Part shown: piece after piece, positions 1 to 9,268 of the stretch | Numbering within the stretch: position 1 is the stretch's first letter | Layout: each line of letters begins with the position of its first letter | Assembly: GCA_002010065.2 (NCBI GenBank) | Contig: MTMD02000008.1 | Coordinates: 320,001 to 384,000, forward strand | DNA: 64,000 bases | Direction: 5' to 3' | Source of the DNA: Candidatus Pyrohabitans jungbluthii | GTDB taxonomy: Archaea; Hydrothermarchaeota; Hydrothermarchaeia; Hydrothermarchaeales; BMS3B | Notes under the pieces: generated by a model | Told to the model about the DNA's origin: nothing | The model's database searches: none | What the model saw: the letters and a program-made list of their open reading frames with translations, nothing else | Position numbers and translations under genes: made by a program

Positions 1-2
1 GG

Positions 3-182
3 CCTTCGGATGAGATTATAAAGTTTGTGAATCAGCAAGGCGATATTGACCTCATAGTAATTGCACCCACCGGGAAGAGCCACCTCTTCAAGCTGTTTCT
101 CGGGAGTACCACCGAAGCTTTGATAAGCGAACTGGGAAGGCTTCTGCGCGTTCCTGTGCTTGTTGTTCCAAAGCCTGAGTAG
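3..182 (+). CDS. universal stress protein, C-terminal part (truncated by window edge)
   Basis: Frame 3 reads PSDEIIKFVNQQGDIDLIVIAPTGKSHLFKLFLGSTTEALISELGRLLRVPVLVVPKPE*, with USP-type DLIVI...LGS...PVLVV motifs. Confidence 0.8.
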   Translation, partial: PSDEIIKFVNQQGDIDLIVIAPTGKSHLFKLFLGSTTEALISELGRLLRVPVLVVPKPE

Positions 183-433
183 GTAACAGAGGGGGTATGC
201 GCATTTTTGCAAAACCATTAGTAAAATTTAAATATTGCAATGGTTATCATTTTCCCGATTGTTTCCAAAATTTATCCAAACTCCTCTAGGAGGTAGATAG
301 GAACGTTTGTTTTATGGTCCCAGGCATCGAATATTAGTGTTTATAAGGTGCACAAAGGGTTTGGTTTTGTCCCCTTCGCTGCGCGTGCTGAAGTCTCTGA
401 GCTTGCTTCAAAACTCCATGAGGTGGTTGTACA

Positions 434-2155
434 ATGAACCTAGAGAAAGTGATTCCTGCGATTTCCTGGTTGAAGAACTATAAATCCAGGTATTTCTATT
501 TTGACCTTATTTCTGGGATAAACCTTGGTGTAAGCATGATACCCAAGGCTATGGCCTACGCTTTAGTCGCGGGTTTGCCGCCGATTTACGGCTTATATGC
601 AAGCTTCGTGGCACCCCTTGTGGCGATACTCTTCGGGAGCAACAAGCTCTTATTCACAGGTCCGGTTGGCGTCATGACCGTCCTGGTTTTCACCGCCCTC
701 TCGCCTCTTGCTGAGCCGGGCACCCAGGAGTACATAAACTTGGCGGCAATGCTATCCCTGATAGTCGGGTTCCTAATTCTGCTCATAGCCCTGCTTCGCT
801 TCACCTTCATTCTAAACCTCATATCACACGCAGCGGTTATAGGCTTTGTAAATGCAGCAGCGCTTATAATCACAGCGACGCAGCTCAAGTACATCTTTGG
901 CGTTCACGTACCCAAAGAAGAGTACGTCATAATGATGTTCCTGGAGATATTCAAGAGCATCCCCGAAACAAACCTGTACGTGTTTGCTTTGTCAGTAGTC
1001 GCCTTTGCCTCAATAATTTTCCTTCACAAGCGCTATCCAAAGCTCCCTGAAACGCTTATAGTGCTGGTCACTTTAACCCTGCTGGTCTACTTCATGAACC
1101 TGGAGGAGAAGGGTGTTGAACTCGTGGGCAGCCTGCCCCAGGGGTTGCCAATGCCCACCCTGCCAGGGGTGGACCTCTCAAGGTTGGGAGCGCTTATCGC
1201 CTCCGCTGTTGTCATAGCTATAGTTGGCATGACTGAGACCTACTCCATCTCGAAGATCGTAGCCTACAACACAAAGCAGAAGGTAGACTTCAACCAGGAA
1301 TTTATAGGCCAAGGGCTTGCGAACATAGTCACGGCGTTCTTCAGGGGCTACCCTGTGTGCGGTAGCTTCTCCGGCACAAGCGTCAACTGGTCCAGTGGTG
1401 CGCGCACCGGCGTATCCATAATAATCTTCAGCATACTCGCCCTTCTCTCCATAACAGTGCTCACGCCGGTGTTCTACTACCTGCCCAAGTTTATGCTGGC
1501 TGTGATTGTGATACTCGCAGTGATTAAGCTGTTCCAGCCAAAGCAGCTTGTGGAGATATACAGGATAAATAAGTACGACGGCATCGTCGCCTTCACAACC
1601 TTTGCAGTCTCTCTTCTGACGAAACCCGATGACGGGATAATCGTCGGCGTTGTGCTCGCGTTGGCGCTTTACGTGTGGAAGACCATGCACACCCGCGTAT
1701 ATTTCATCACCAAGGACAAGGAGACCGGCTACTTCATCGCCTGCCCGGAGCTGGAAAACTCTGAGTGCGAGCAGCTCCTCATCCTGAAGCCCGAAGGCCC
1801 ATTCATCTATGTGAATGCGGAGCACATGCGAGACGAAATCCTCCGCCTGGTGGGCAGCCATAAAAAAGCGAGATGTGTGATCCTCGACATGGCGGCGGTG
1901 TACTACATGGATACCTCGGGCATAGATGCTTTGAAGGACCTTATTGAAGAGCTGCACAAGAAGAATGTGAAGCTTCTGCTGATACACGTGGAGGACGAGG
2001 TGCTGGATGCAATCGCAAAGGAAGGCTTAATAGAGCAGCTAGAAGTCCATGAGACCAAGAAAGAGGCGATTTCCAGCGCATTCAAATACCTTGACAAAAG
2101 TATATGTAAGGAATGTGACAAAGATATATTCAGCGAGTGCAAAGAGAGGAGGTGA
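434..2155 (+). CDS. SulP/SLC26 anion permease with C-terminal STAS domain
   Basis: PKAMAYALVAGLPPIYGLY and NQEFIGQGLANI SulP motifs; STAS motif VILDMAAVYYMDTSG. Confidence 0.95.
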   Translation: MNLEKVIPAISWLKNYKSRYFYFDLISGINLGVSMIPKAMAYALVAGLPPIYGLYASFVAPLVAILFGSNKLLFTGPVGVMTVLVFTALSPLAEPGTQEYINLAAMLSLIVGFLILLIALLRFTFILNLISHAAVIGFVNAAALIITATQLKYIFGVHVPKEEYVIMMFLEIFKSIPETNLYVFALSVVAFASIIFLHKRYPKLPETLIVLVTLTLLVYFMNLEEKGVELVGSLPQGLPMPTLPGVDLSRLGALIASAVVIAIVGMTETYSISKIVAYNTKQKVDFNQEFIGQGLANIVTAFFRGYPVCGSFSGTSVNWSSGARTGVSIIIFSILALLSITVLTPVFYYLPKFMLAVIVILAVIKLFQPKQLVEIYRINKYDGIVAFTTFAVSLLTKPDDGIIVGVVLALALYVWKTMHTRVYFITKDKETGYFIACPELENSECEQLLILKPEGPFIYVNAEHMRDEILRLVGSHKKARCVILDMAAVYYMDTSGIDALKDLIEELHKKNVKLLLIHVEDEVLDAIAKEGLIEQLEVHETKKEAISSAFKYLDKSICKECDKDIFSECKERR

Positions 2156-2160
2156 CCTTT

Positions 2161-2922
2161 TTGAATATACTGCTCTTGGTGTGCCCCCCCTATTCAGAGA
2201 TTGAAAAGCTCCTCAAGGTTGCTGAGAAGATCGGCGCCGCCCTAGGGGGCAAGATAACAGCGCTGTGCGTGAGGAGCGAAATTGCGCAGAAGTACTACTC
2301 ACCCTTCAGCATCCAGCTCGGGAAGGTGGATAAAGAAGAGGAGAAAAAGGTATTTGAGGAGATAACCCGGGTGCTGGGGGATGAGGTTGTGAAGATGAGC
2401 CGCGGCGGAGAGTTGGTCTCCCAGGTGCTCGATGAGATTGAGAAAGGCGGTTACAACATGCTCATCTTTGGGGATGTAGACAAGAAGCTGACAAAGAAGA
2501 TTGCTGAGTACTCCCACGTTCCCACCTTTATATACCGGCGCGGCGAGCAGCTTTCTCGCTTTCTGGTGTGCACCGATGGGAGTGAGCACTCCCTTCGCGC
2601 TGCGCGTTTCGCCGGCAAGCTTGCAAAGGCTATGAAGGCGAAGCTTACCCTCCTCTCTGTGGCCAAAAGTGAAGAAGAGCGCTCATTCGCGGAGGAGGCG
2701 ATACGCAAGGCAAAGGAGGCGCTGGCAGAGGTATCCGTCAGCGAAGTGGAGGAAAAAATTGGAATCGGTAGGGTGAGGGAGGTCATCCTCGCAGAAGAGA
2801 AAGACTACGACCTGCTCGCACTCGCTCCTCGTGGGCTGAGCAAGCTGGAGCGAGTGGTGCTGGGGCATGTCTCTCTGCATGTTCTCGAAAAAGCGGAGAG
2901 CAACATCCTGCTCGTCCGTTAA
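2161..2922 (+). CDS. tandem-domain universal stress protein
   Basis: LVCTDGSEHS and RGLSKLERVVLGHVS motifs; TTG start after GGAGGTGA SD. Confidence 0.85.
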   Translation: MNILLLVCPPYSEIEKLLKVAEKIGAALGGKITALCVRSEIAQKYYSPFSIQLGKVDKEEEKKVFEEITRVLGDEVVKMSRGGELVSQVLDEIEKGGYNMLIFGDVDKKLTKKIAEYSHVPTFIYRRGEQLSRFLVCTDGSEHSLRAARFAGKLAKAMKAKLTLLSVAKSEEERSFAEEAIRKAKEALAEVSVSEVEEKIGIGRVREVILAEEKDYDLLALAPRGLSKLERVVLGHVSLHVLEKAESNILLVR

Positions 2923-2927
2923 GTTTT

Positions 2928-3770
2928 TTATTCCAGTTCTGGGCAGCTCTTAACTATAAACACATTTGTCTCTGCATGTGCTACCAGCGCCAGGGAGACA
3001 TGTCCCATTAGCAAACGCTGGAGCTTGCTCAAGCCGCGGGAGCCGAGGAGCACCAGGTCGTAATTTTTGGTCTCTTCCAGTATAGAATCCCTAACCTTGC
3101 CCACCTTCACCTGAGTCTCTGCCTCAACCCCATGCTTCTTTGCTATATCTACACCTTCCTCCACATTTTTCTCTGCAATTTCCCTGAGCCCCACTTCCCT
3201 TGCCACTGAAAGCAGCGTGAGCTTTGCATTCATATTCTTAGCGAGGTAGGCGCCCAGCTTCACAGCACAGTTCGCAAGCTTGGAGCCGTCGGTGCACACC
3301 AGCATGTTCCGAATCTCAGCCTCCTTCCTCACTACGAGAACAGGTGCCTTGGAGTACTCCGCCACCTTGCTTGAGACGCTGCCGAGTATTGAACGCTGGA
3401 CTCCGGTGCTACCTGAAGTGCCAACTGCGGCGAAGTCGTAGTTGCCAGTTTCAATCTCCTGCACAATCTCCCTGGCGGGGTCTCCAACGACGTATTTCGT
3501 CTCAACCTTTATTCCGTACTCACCCAAGGTTGTGCTCACCCTCTCAAAGACCTTCTCCGCAACCCACTCAACACCGAACATATTTGCTATGGTCTCACCC
3601 TTTGGTCCGGCAGGAATGTTCAGCAGCGAGAAGTACCTCTTTGGCACCTCCGGAGCAACGTATATAGCTGTGGCTTCTCCACCCAGAGCCTTAATAACCT
3701 GCCCCGAAACCACAAGCAGGCTGTGCAGATGCTCCGCGGGGTACACACCCAGCAAAAATCTCGTTCTCAT
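2928..3770 (-). CDS. tandem-domain universal stress protein
   Basis: GTSGSTGVQRSILGSVS, LVCTDGS and GSRGLSKLQRLLMGHVS motifs; start taken at MRTRFLL. Confidence 0.9.
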   Translation of the reverse strand: MRTRFLLGVYPAEHLHSLLVVSGQVIKALGGEATAIYVAPEVPKRYFSLLNIPAGPKGETIANMFGVEWVAEKVFERVSTTLGEYGIKVETKYVVGDPAREIVQEIETGNYDFAAVGTSGSTGVQRSILGSVSSKVAEYSKAPVLVVRKEAEIRNMLVCTDGSKLANCAVKLGAYLAKNMNAKLTLLSVAREVGLREIAEKNVEEGVDIAKKHGVEAETQVKVGKVRDSILEETKNYDLVLLGSRGLSKLQRLLMGHVSLALVAHAETNVFIVKSCPELE

Positions 3771-3771
3771 T

Positions 3772-5577
3772 TTAATAACCTCCAATACCCGCAAATTCCC
3801 TCGCTCTGTCGAGCAGGCCGTCGGGGAACCCCACAATGCTGTACACCAGCACAAATGTGAATATCCACATTATTACAAGGCTGAGCAGGAATATCCCTAC
3901 CCCGTACTTTATGAAATCACTTGCACTGAGCATGCGCTCTCCCGTGTCTGGATACCTGCCCAAGGCGTAAACTATTACGTTGTTCGGCGTACCTATCACA
4001 AGGATGTGGGCAAAGCTCGTTGCAAAGGCTGTGGCCAAGCCAACTGCCCAAGGTTCGGCAGAGTTGCCGCTCAACAAGCCCATAGGCAATGTTATTGGAC
4101 CCAGAAGCGCAGTTGTGGCAGCATCGCTCATAAAGTTGGTTATCACACCGCTGAGCAGACTAACAAAGATCCAGAGCATCAAGCCGCTGGGTTCCACGAT
4201 GCTCGACATTGTGTTCATAAAACTCCTCGCCAGCCAGAGCGCTGCACCAGTTTCCTTCATGAATGCGCCCAAGCCGAGGGCACCGATATAAACAAACCAG
4301 GCATCCCAGGCGATGCCCTTTAACATCTTCTCCCAGTTGATTATCCTCAGAAATATTGGAGCAAGCATTGCAAACAGCGACGCAGCGCCGAGACCGCCTA
4401 TCTCAAAGAGTTCACCAAAAACCCAGCCTATGATTGTTATCACCAGTATGAGTGCCACCAGCTTCTCATCCCTGCTCATCGGTCCGCGTTTTCGAATCTC
4501 CTCTTTTATCGCCTCAATGCCAGGGGTCAGGTCTCTTACCCTGGGCTTGAACACCACCATTGCGTAGACACCAACTGCAACGCCAAGCACAGGCACCATG
4601 GGTAAGCCGTAAAGCATCCACTGGGCAAAGCTCATGGGCACGCCAAAATGTTCAAAATACTGAAGCATTATGGCATTTCTCGCACCTGCTGCGGGAGAGC
4701 CCACACCGCCTACGTTCATAGCCCACGTCAGTGTTAGAAGGAGCATCTTCGCAAGCACAGGGTCGTGAACCACCTCACCGCGCTTGCTAGCAGCGCGCAC
4801 GGCGCCATAGTAGATGCTCGCCATAACAGGTGCGAGAAAAGCAGCAAGAGCGTGAGCAGATATAAAAGCGCCCACAATTGGCATTATTATAGCAATCGCA
4901 AAAATAGGTCCACGAAAGCCGTGCGCCCACCCAAGGATGGTGGCAGCAATTCGGCTGTGCAGTCCCACCTCGGAGACTATGTATCCCAGCGCTAACACAC
5001 CCAGGATGAAGAATACCGCATCTCCCATGAAGTTCTTTGCAATGTCGCTGGGGCTTGGACCGTCAAGCACAAACACATAACCTGTCATTGGAATCAGCAT
5101 TGCCGCTGCACCGATGGGCACCGCCTCTGTTGCAAAGAAGATCACAGACATCAGTACGAGAGCTACCACAACCTTCGCCTTGAATGCCGCCTCCTTGGCA
5201 ACATGGTCCAGCCAAGCGTCACTCTTTGCTATCTTGGCACGCCACTCTTCCCTGGAGAGTATGATCTCGTCGATGAGCTTTATCTTTTCATCTTCATCCT
5301 TTGCTATGGAGAGAAGCTCATCAACCTTCTCCCTGTCTTCTTCTGGCAGAGTTATCTTTCCTGTCTCGTAGAAGTAGAGGAAGTCCCTGGCATTGCCGAC
5401 AATCTTCTTCTCCACGAACATCCTCTCAGCGTACTCATTCTCCCTGACAACTTCATAGAGACCCTCAGGTGTTGGTAGTGATATAACAGCCAAAAATACA
5501 AAAAATCCAAAAGAGGTCCACATCCTCTTATGCGCCAGAAGACCACGGTGGTCGACAGTATGCTCTGCCTCTACCAT
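3772..5577 (-). CDS. SLC13/DASS family Na+/anion symporter
   Basis: TEAVPIG, NVGGVGSPAAGARN, TNFMSDAAT and IGTPNNVIVY DASS motifs; many TM helices. Confidence 0.9.
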   Translation of the reverse strand: MVEAEHTVDHRGLLAHKRMWTSFGFFVFLAVISLPTPEGLYEVVRENEYAERMFVEKKIVGNARDFLYFYETGKITLPEEDREKVDELLSIAKDEDEKIKLIDEIILSREEWRAKIAKSDAWLDHVAKEAAFKAKVVVALVLMSVIFFATEAVPIGAAAMLIPMTGYVFVLDGPSPSDIAKNFMGDAVFFILGVLALGYIVSEVGLHSRIAATILGWAHGFRGPIFAIAIIMPIVGAFISAHALAAFLAPVMASIYYGAVRAASKRGEVVHDPVLAKMLLLTLTWAMNVGGVGSPAAGARNAIMLQYFEHFGVPMSFAQWMLYGLPMVPVLGVAVGVYAMVVFKPRVRDLTPGIEAIKEEIRKRGPMSRDEKLVALILVITIIGWVFGELFEIGGLGAASLFAMLAPIFLRIINWEKMLKGIAWDAWFVYIGALGLGAFMKETGAALWLARSFMNTMSSIVEPSGLMLWIFVSLLSGVITNFMSDAATTALLGPITLPMGLLSGNSAEPWAVGLATAFATSFAHILVIGTPNNVIVYALGRYPDTGERMLSASDFIKYGVGIFLLSLVIMWIFTFVLVYSIVGFPDGLLDRAREFAGIGGY

Positions 5578-5835
5578 CCAACTACCTCCTTTAGATACAA
5601 GATTACTTTTATTGCGTTAAAAATTGATTTGCGACTATTTAAATTCAGTGGTTACTGTGCCGCACGGCTCTGACAAACTTTCAAATAATAACGGATATTT
5701 TTAAAAAGCTAAAATATCTTTGGAAACGACCCATACACAGGCGGCCTATTTCGAAGCCCGGAAATACTTCCAAAACAAATATATAGTGAGACCAATTTTA
5801 TATACCAGACCAGTACATCGCGGAGAGTAGTAGGC

Positions 5836-7167
5836 ATGGAGCCAGCTCAGATATTTGCAGCCACGGTGCTTTTAGTTTCATATGCTTTGATTGTCACAGA
5901 AAAGGTGCATCGCACAGTTGCCGCCATGGGAGGCGGAGCGCTGATAATCGCCCTTGGCCCCCATTTCGGGCTCATCGACAGGGCAAGCTACCCCAGCGAA
6001 ATCCACTTCATGCGCGAGGCAGTGGACTGGAACACCATAGGCCTCCTCCTAGGAATGATGATAATAGTGGGCATACTGAAGGACACAGGTGTATTCGAGT
6101 TTATCGCCGTAAAAACTGCCAAGCTCTCCAGGGGCGACCCCTGGAAGATAATGCTCCTGTTCGCCTCCACTACAGCTCTGCTTTCCGCCTTCCTGGACAA
6201 CGTTACCACAGTGCTGCTCATCGCCCCTGTCACTGTAAGTATAACCCTGAGCCTGAAGCTCAATCCCGTGCCATTTTTAATATCCGAGGTGCTAGCCTCC
6301 AACATAGGAGGCACTGCCACGCTCATAGGTGACCCGCCGAACATAATAATAGGAAGCGGCGCAGGACTCAGCTTCAATGAGTTCATCATCAACCTAGGAC
6401 CAATAGTCGTCGTCGTGTTTATTCTTTCGTTATTTTTCCTGAAATACGTCTTCAGAGCCCATCTGTCGCAGAAGCCAGAGAACATAGACGAAGTTCTTGC
6501 GATGAACGAGTGGGACCAGATTAAGGACCCCGTGCTACTCAAGAAGTCCCTCGCGGTGCTCGCCTTTGTTATAATCCTGTTCTTCCTGCACTCTGCTCTG
6601 CACCTAGAGCCATCGACGGTGGCGCTGCTCGGCGCCTCAATGCTCCTGCTTTTGAGCTTTGAGCATCCTGACAAGGCGCTCCACCAGGTGGAGTGGAGCG
6701 TGTTGCTATTCTTTGCAGGGCTGTTCGTGATAGTAAAGGGCGTGGAGGAGGCTGGCTTAATAGAGAGGGTTGCGATATTCGCTGTTGAGCTGACAGGCGG
6801 GGACCTAATTGTTGCCATGTTTGTAATACTGTGGATCTCGGCCATAGCAAGTGCCATAATAGATAACATCCCTTTCACGGCGACGATGGTACCACTGGTG
6901 CACAGCATGAGCTCGAGTCCAGAGCTGGCATCGCAGATAGCCCAGCTTAACGGAAACCCCCTGTGGTGGGCTCTCGCTCTGGGCGCCTGCCTTGGTGGAA
7001 ATGGTACGCTGATTGGAGCCTCCGCAAATGTCGTTGTCGCTGGAATAAGCGAGCGAATGGGATATCCGATATCCTTCAAGGAGTTTCTGAAGTACGGCGC
7101 ACCTGTAACATTCCTATCTGTGCTGATCTCCGGGATACTTCTTTATGTTAAAACCTTTATAATATAG
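5836..7167 (+). CDS. ArsB/NhaD-family (IT superfamily) permease
   Basis: SAFLDNVTTVLL, SNIGGTATLIGDPPNIII, DNIPF and GGNGTLIGASANVV motifs. Confidence 0.92.
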   Translation: MEPAQIFAATVLLVSYALIVTEKVHRTVAAMGGGALIIALGPHFGLIDRASYPSEIHFMREAVDWNTIGLLLGMMIIVGILKDTGVFEFIAVKTAKLSRGDPWKIMLLFASTTALLSAFLDNVTTVLLIAPVTVSITLSLKLNPVPFLISEVLASNIGGTATLIGDPPNIIIGSGAGLSFNEFIINLGPIVVVVFILSLFFLKYVFRAHLSQKPENIDEVLAMNEWDQIKDPVLLKKSLAVLAFVIILFFLHSALHLEPSTVALLGASMLLLLSFEHPDKALHQVEWSVLLFFAGLFVIVKGVEEAGLIERVAIFAVELTGGDLIVAMFVILWISAIASAIIDNIPFTATMVPLVHSMSSSPELASQIAQLNGNPLWWALALGACLGGNGTLIGASANVVVAGISERMGYPISFKEFLKYGAPVTFLSVLISGILLYVKTFII

Positions 7168-7179
7168 GTGAGGAGGAAA

Positions 7180-8070
7180 ATGAAGATACTCGCAGCGGTG
7201 AAGTTTTCAGACGAAAAGAACCCTGTGGTGGAGACGAGTATAAACTTCGCATGCCATACCAAATCCTCTCTGCGCTTTCTTCATGTTGTGGACAGAACTC
7301 CGCTCAAGCGAAGCTTTGTCAGAGAGATGCCAGAGAGTATGAAGGAGTACCTGGTGAAGAGGGGGGAGGAAATTCTAAAGAATGCGAAGAAGCAGGCTAA
7401 GAGGTGCGGAATTTCTGTGAGAACAGCGCTTCTTGAAGGCAACCCCAAGGAAATTATATTGAAGGAGGCTGAGAAGCACGACCTCTTGGTTATGCGCTCC
7501 AGGGTTTTCAGCCCATCGGAGAAGCTGGGCAGCGTTGCCGAGCAGGTGCTCTCCAAGGTTACAAAGCCGGTGATGCTTGTAAATGAGACGAAGGCGAACT
7601 TCGACGTGTGCCTGGTACCGGTTGACGGCTCAGACGCTTCGTTTAAATCCCTGTATGAGATAAAGAACAAAAGCAAAATATACAATTTCAAAAAAATTAT
7701 TATCCTTTTGATTCACAGTAAGAGTAAGGAAGAGGTAGTTAAGGAGGAAGTGTCCAAGGATTCAAAGAAGGAGATCCTCTCCGGCACAGGTGAGCTTGAC
7801 CTGTATGGACACCGCGTCATAATGGAGGCCGCTGAGAACATAGTTGAAAACGCTGCTCCAGAGGTGGTGTCAGAGGTTGTCCACATAACGCATGGCGATG
7901 TTGCAGATGCCATTTTAGACTACTCTGCAAAGAAGCAGGTGGACATAATATTTATGGGTATGACGGGGAAAGGAAGAATCTCGCGCTTTTTCATGGGCTC
8001 CGTCTCACGAAAGGTGGCGTCTTTCTCCAAGGTGCCTGTGGTTATCTTTCCAGAGCCATACGTGCCCTGA
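7180..8070 (+). CDS. tandem-domain universal stress protein
   Basis: LVPVDGSDAS and DIIFMGMTGKGRISRFFMGSVS motifs. Confidence 0.9.
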   Translation: MKILAAVKFSDEKNPVVETSINFACHTKSSLRFLHVVDRTPLKRSFVREMPESMKEYLVKRGEEILKNAKKQAKRCGISVRTALLEGNPKEIILKEAEKHDLLVMRSRVFSPSEKLGSVAEQVLSKVTKPVMLVNETKANFDVCLVPVDGSDASFKSLYEIKNKSKIYNFKKIIILLIHSKSKEEVVKEEVSKDSKKEILSGTGELDLYGHRVIMEAAENIVENAAPEVVSEVVHITHGDVADAILDYSAKKQVDIIFMGMTGKGRISRFFMGSVSRKVASFSKVPVVIFPEPYVP

Positions 8071-8092
8071 TTAAAAAGAAAAGGTAGAGAAT

Positions 8093-8467
8093 TTAGTCCT
8101 CCTCGTCATCCTCCTTCTTATCAGGGTCGAAGTCCAGGTATTCCTTCATCTCTCCCGGGAATATCTCTATTACCTCGTCGCCGCGCTTTAAATGGGTGTA
8201 AACCACCTCAAGATAATCCTCAAACTTCACCTTGTACTTCTCATGAAAGTCAGGTAAATCACGGGGGAAGTTTATCCATCGGGGATTCTCCACCTTAACC
8301 TCAACGGTCTCGTTGATCTCCTGAATCAGGTTTTTCCTTTCATCGAAGTGACGGCGCACCTCAAAGACAAGCACATCTCCCGGCTTAATGTCGTACTGTG
8401 TCTTCATGGTGTAGTTTATGTACATCTCGTCGTCGCTCTCTATGCGGTTTATCTCCCTGAGTGGCAT
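8093..8467 (-). CDS. hypothetical acidic protein
   Basis: 124-aa ORF with GGAGG SD and plausible composition; no recognised motif. Confidence 0.7.
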   Translation of the reverse strand: MPLREINRIESDDEMYINYTMKTQYDIKPGDVLVFEVRRHFDERKNLIQEINETVEVKVENPRWINFPRDLPDFHEKYKVKFEDYLEVVYTHLKRGDEVIEIFPGEMKEYLDFDPDKKEDDEED

Positions 8468-8538
8468 TGCTTTCGCCTCCCTTAACTTTTTCTTACCAAA
8501 GTTAGCTAAACTATCTTAACCTGTTAAACTTTGGAGGC

Positions 8539-9039
8539 ATGGCAATGGCGGAGTTACCCACTGTACCCTATCATCCTACACCTCATGACAAGGCTAAGGA
8601 GCTTCTATCTTTGGCGGAACTCAGCGAGGGCGAGGTGCTCTTTGACCTGGGCTGCGGCAAGGGAAATATACTCATAGTTGGCGCCGAGGAGTTCGGAGCG
8701 CGATGCGTTGGAATAGAGAAGGATGCAGAGCTGGTGAGGGAAGCGTGGGAAGAGGTTAAGAGGCGCGGACTTGAGGACAGGGTGGAGATAATCCATGGGG
8801 ATATCTTTGCTCCCGAGTTCTGGGCGCACTTAGGCGGCGAAGGCAGCGCAGTTGTGCGCAACGCAGACGTCGTGGCAATATACCTCAACTTCGACATGCA
8901 CGAAGTGCTAAAGCCCATGCTTGAGAAGGAGCTGCGCGATGGCACTCGCGTGGCGAGCTTTGAGTTCTTTGTGCGCGGCTGGAAGGTTTATAAAGAAAAG
9001 CCAATGATGTTTGTTTTCAAGAAGGGAGATGGATTTTGA
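8539..9039 (+). CDS. class I SAM-dependent methyltransferase (aKMT/FAM173-like protein lysine methyltransferase)
   Basis: VPYHPTP, LFDLGCGKG motif I, ADVVAIYL, LEKELRDGTRVASFEF. Confidence 0.85.
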   Translation: MAMAELPTVPYHPTPHDKAKELLSLAELSEGEVLFDLGCGKGNILIVGAEEFGARCVGIEKDAELVREAWEEVKRRGLEDRVEIIHGDIFAPEFWAHLGGEGSAVVRNADVVAIYLNFDMHEVLKPMLEKELRDGTRVASFEFFVRGWKVYKEKPMMFVFKKGDGF

Positions 9040-9040
9040 G

Positions 9041-9054
9041 GTTCCAGAGGAAAC
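9041..9054 (+). promoter_or_regulatory. ORB-like (Orc1/Cdc6-binding) motif, single copy
   Basis: GTTCCAGAGGAAAC resembles the archaeal ORB core GTTCCAGTGGAAAC; no G-string and no second copy seen. Confidence 0.3.
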
Positions 9055-9110
9055 ACAGGAAACTGAGGCGAAGTAATAGAAAATATTTTATACTATGATG
9101 TACAATAATA

Positions 9111-9268
9111 GACCTGCGGGCTCGGTAAGAGCTCGGCGACGCTGCTTCGGCAGCAACGCCGGCACAGGCCTCCTCCTTGAGGAGAGCTATGTGTGAGAGG
9201 AAGGCTGATCTGCCTCTTTGAGGCAAGAGAGCCAGACTCTCGGCCTTGCCGAGCCCGCTCTCATTTTT
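9111..9268 (+). ncRNA. candidate structured ncRNA (closing helix plus three hairpin arms)
   Basis: 9116-9129 pairs with 9245-9258; internal hairpins include a cUUCGg loop; G-U wobbles favour the + strand; TTTATA at 9087-9092; T5 tract at 9264-9268. Confidence 0.7.

Noticed and set aside
5749-5764. Possible extra box TTTCGAAGCCCGGAAA
   Set aside because: 16 bp instead of 15 and not at the 7-bp TATA spacing
9195-9240. Archaeal SECIS-like GAA/A motif in arm 3 of the structured element
   Set aside because: The upstream TGA at 9037-9039 ends a complete methyltransferase and read-through adds only a few residues; no selenoprotein seen
9111-9268. tRNA, 5S, SRP, RNase P or H/ACA identity for the structured RNA
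   Set aside because: No TTCRA T-loop cloverleaf, no SRP helix 8, no RNase P P4 partner strand, no 3' ACA box
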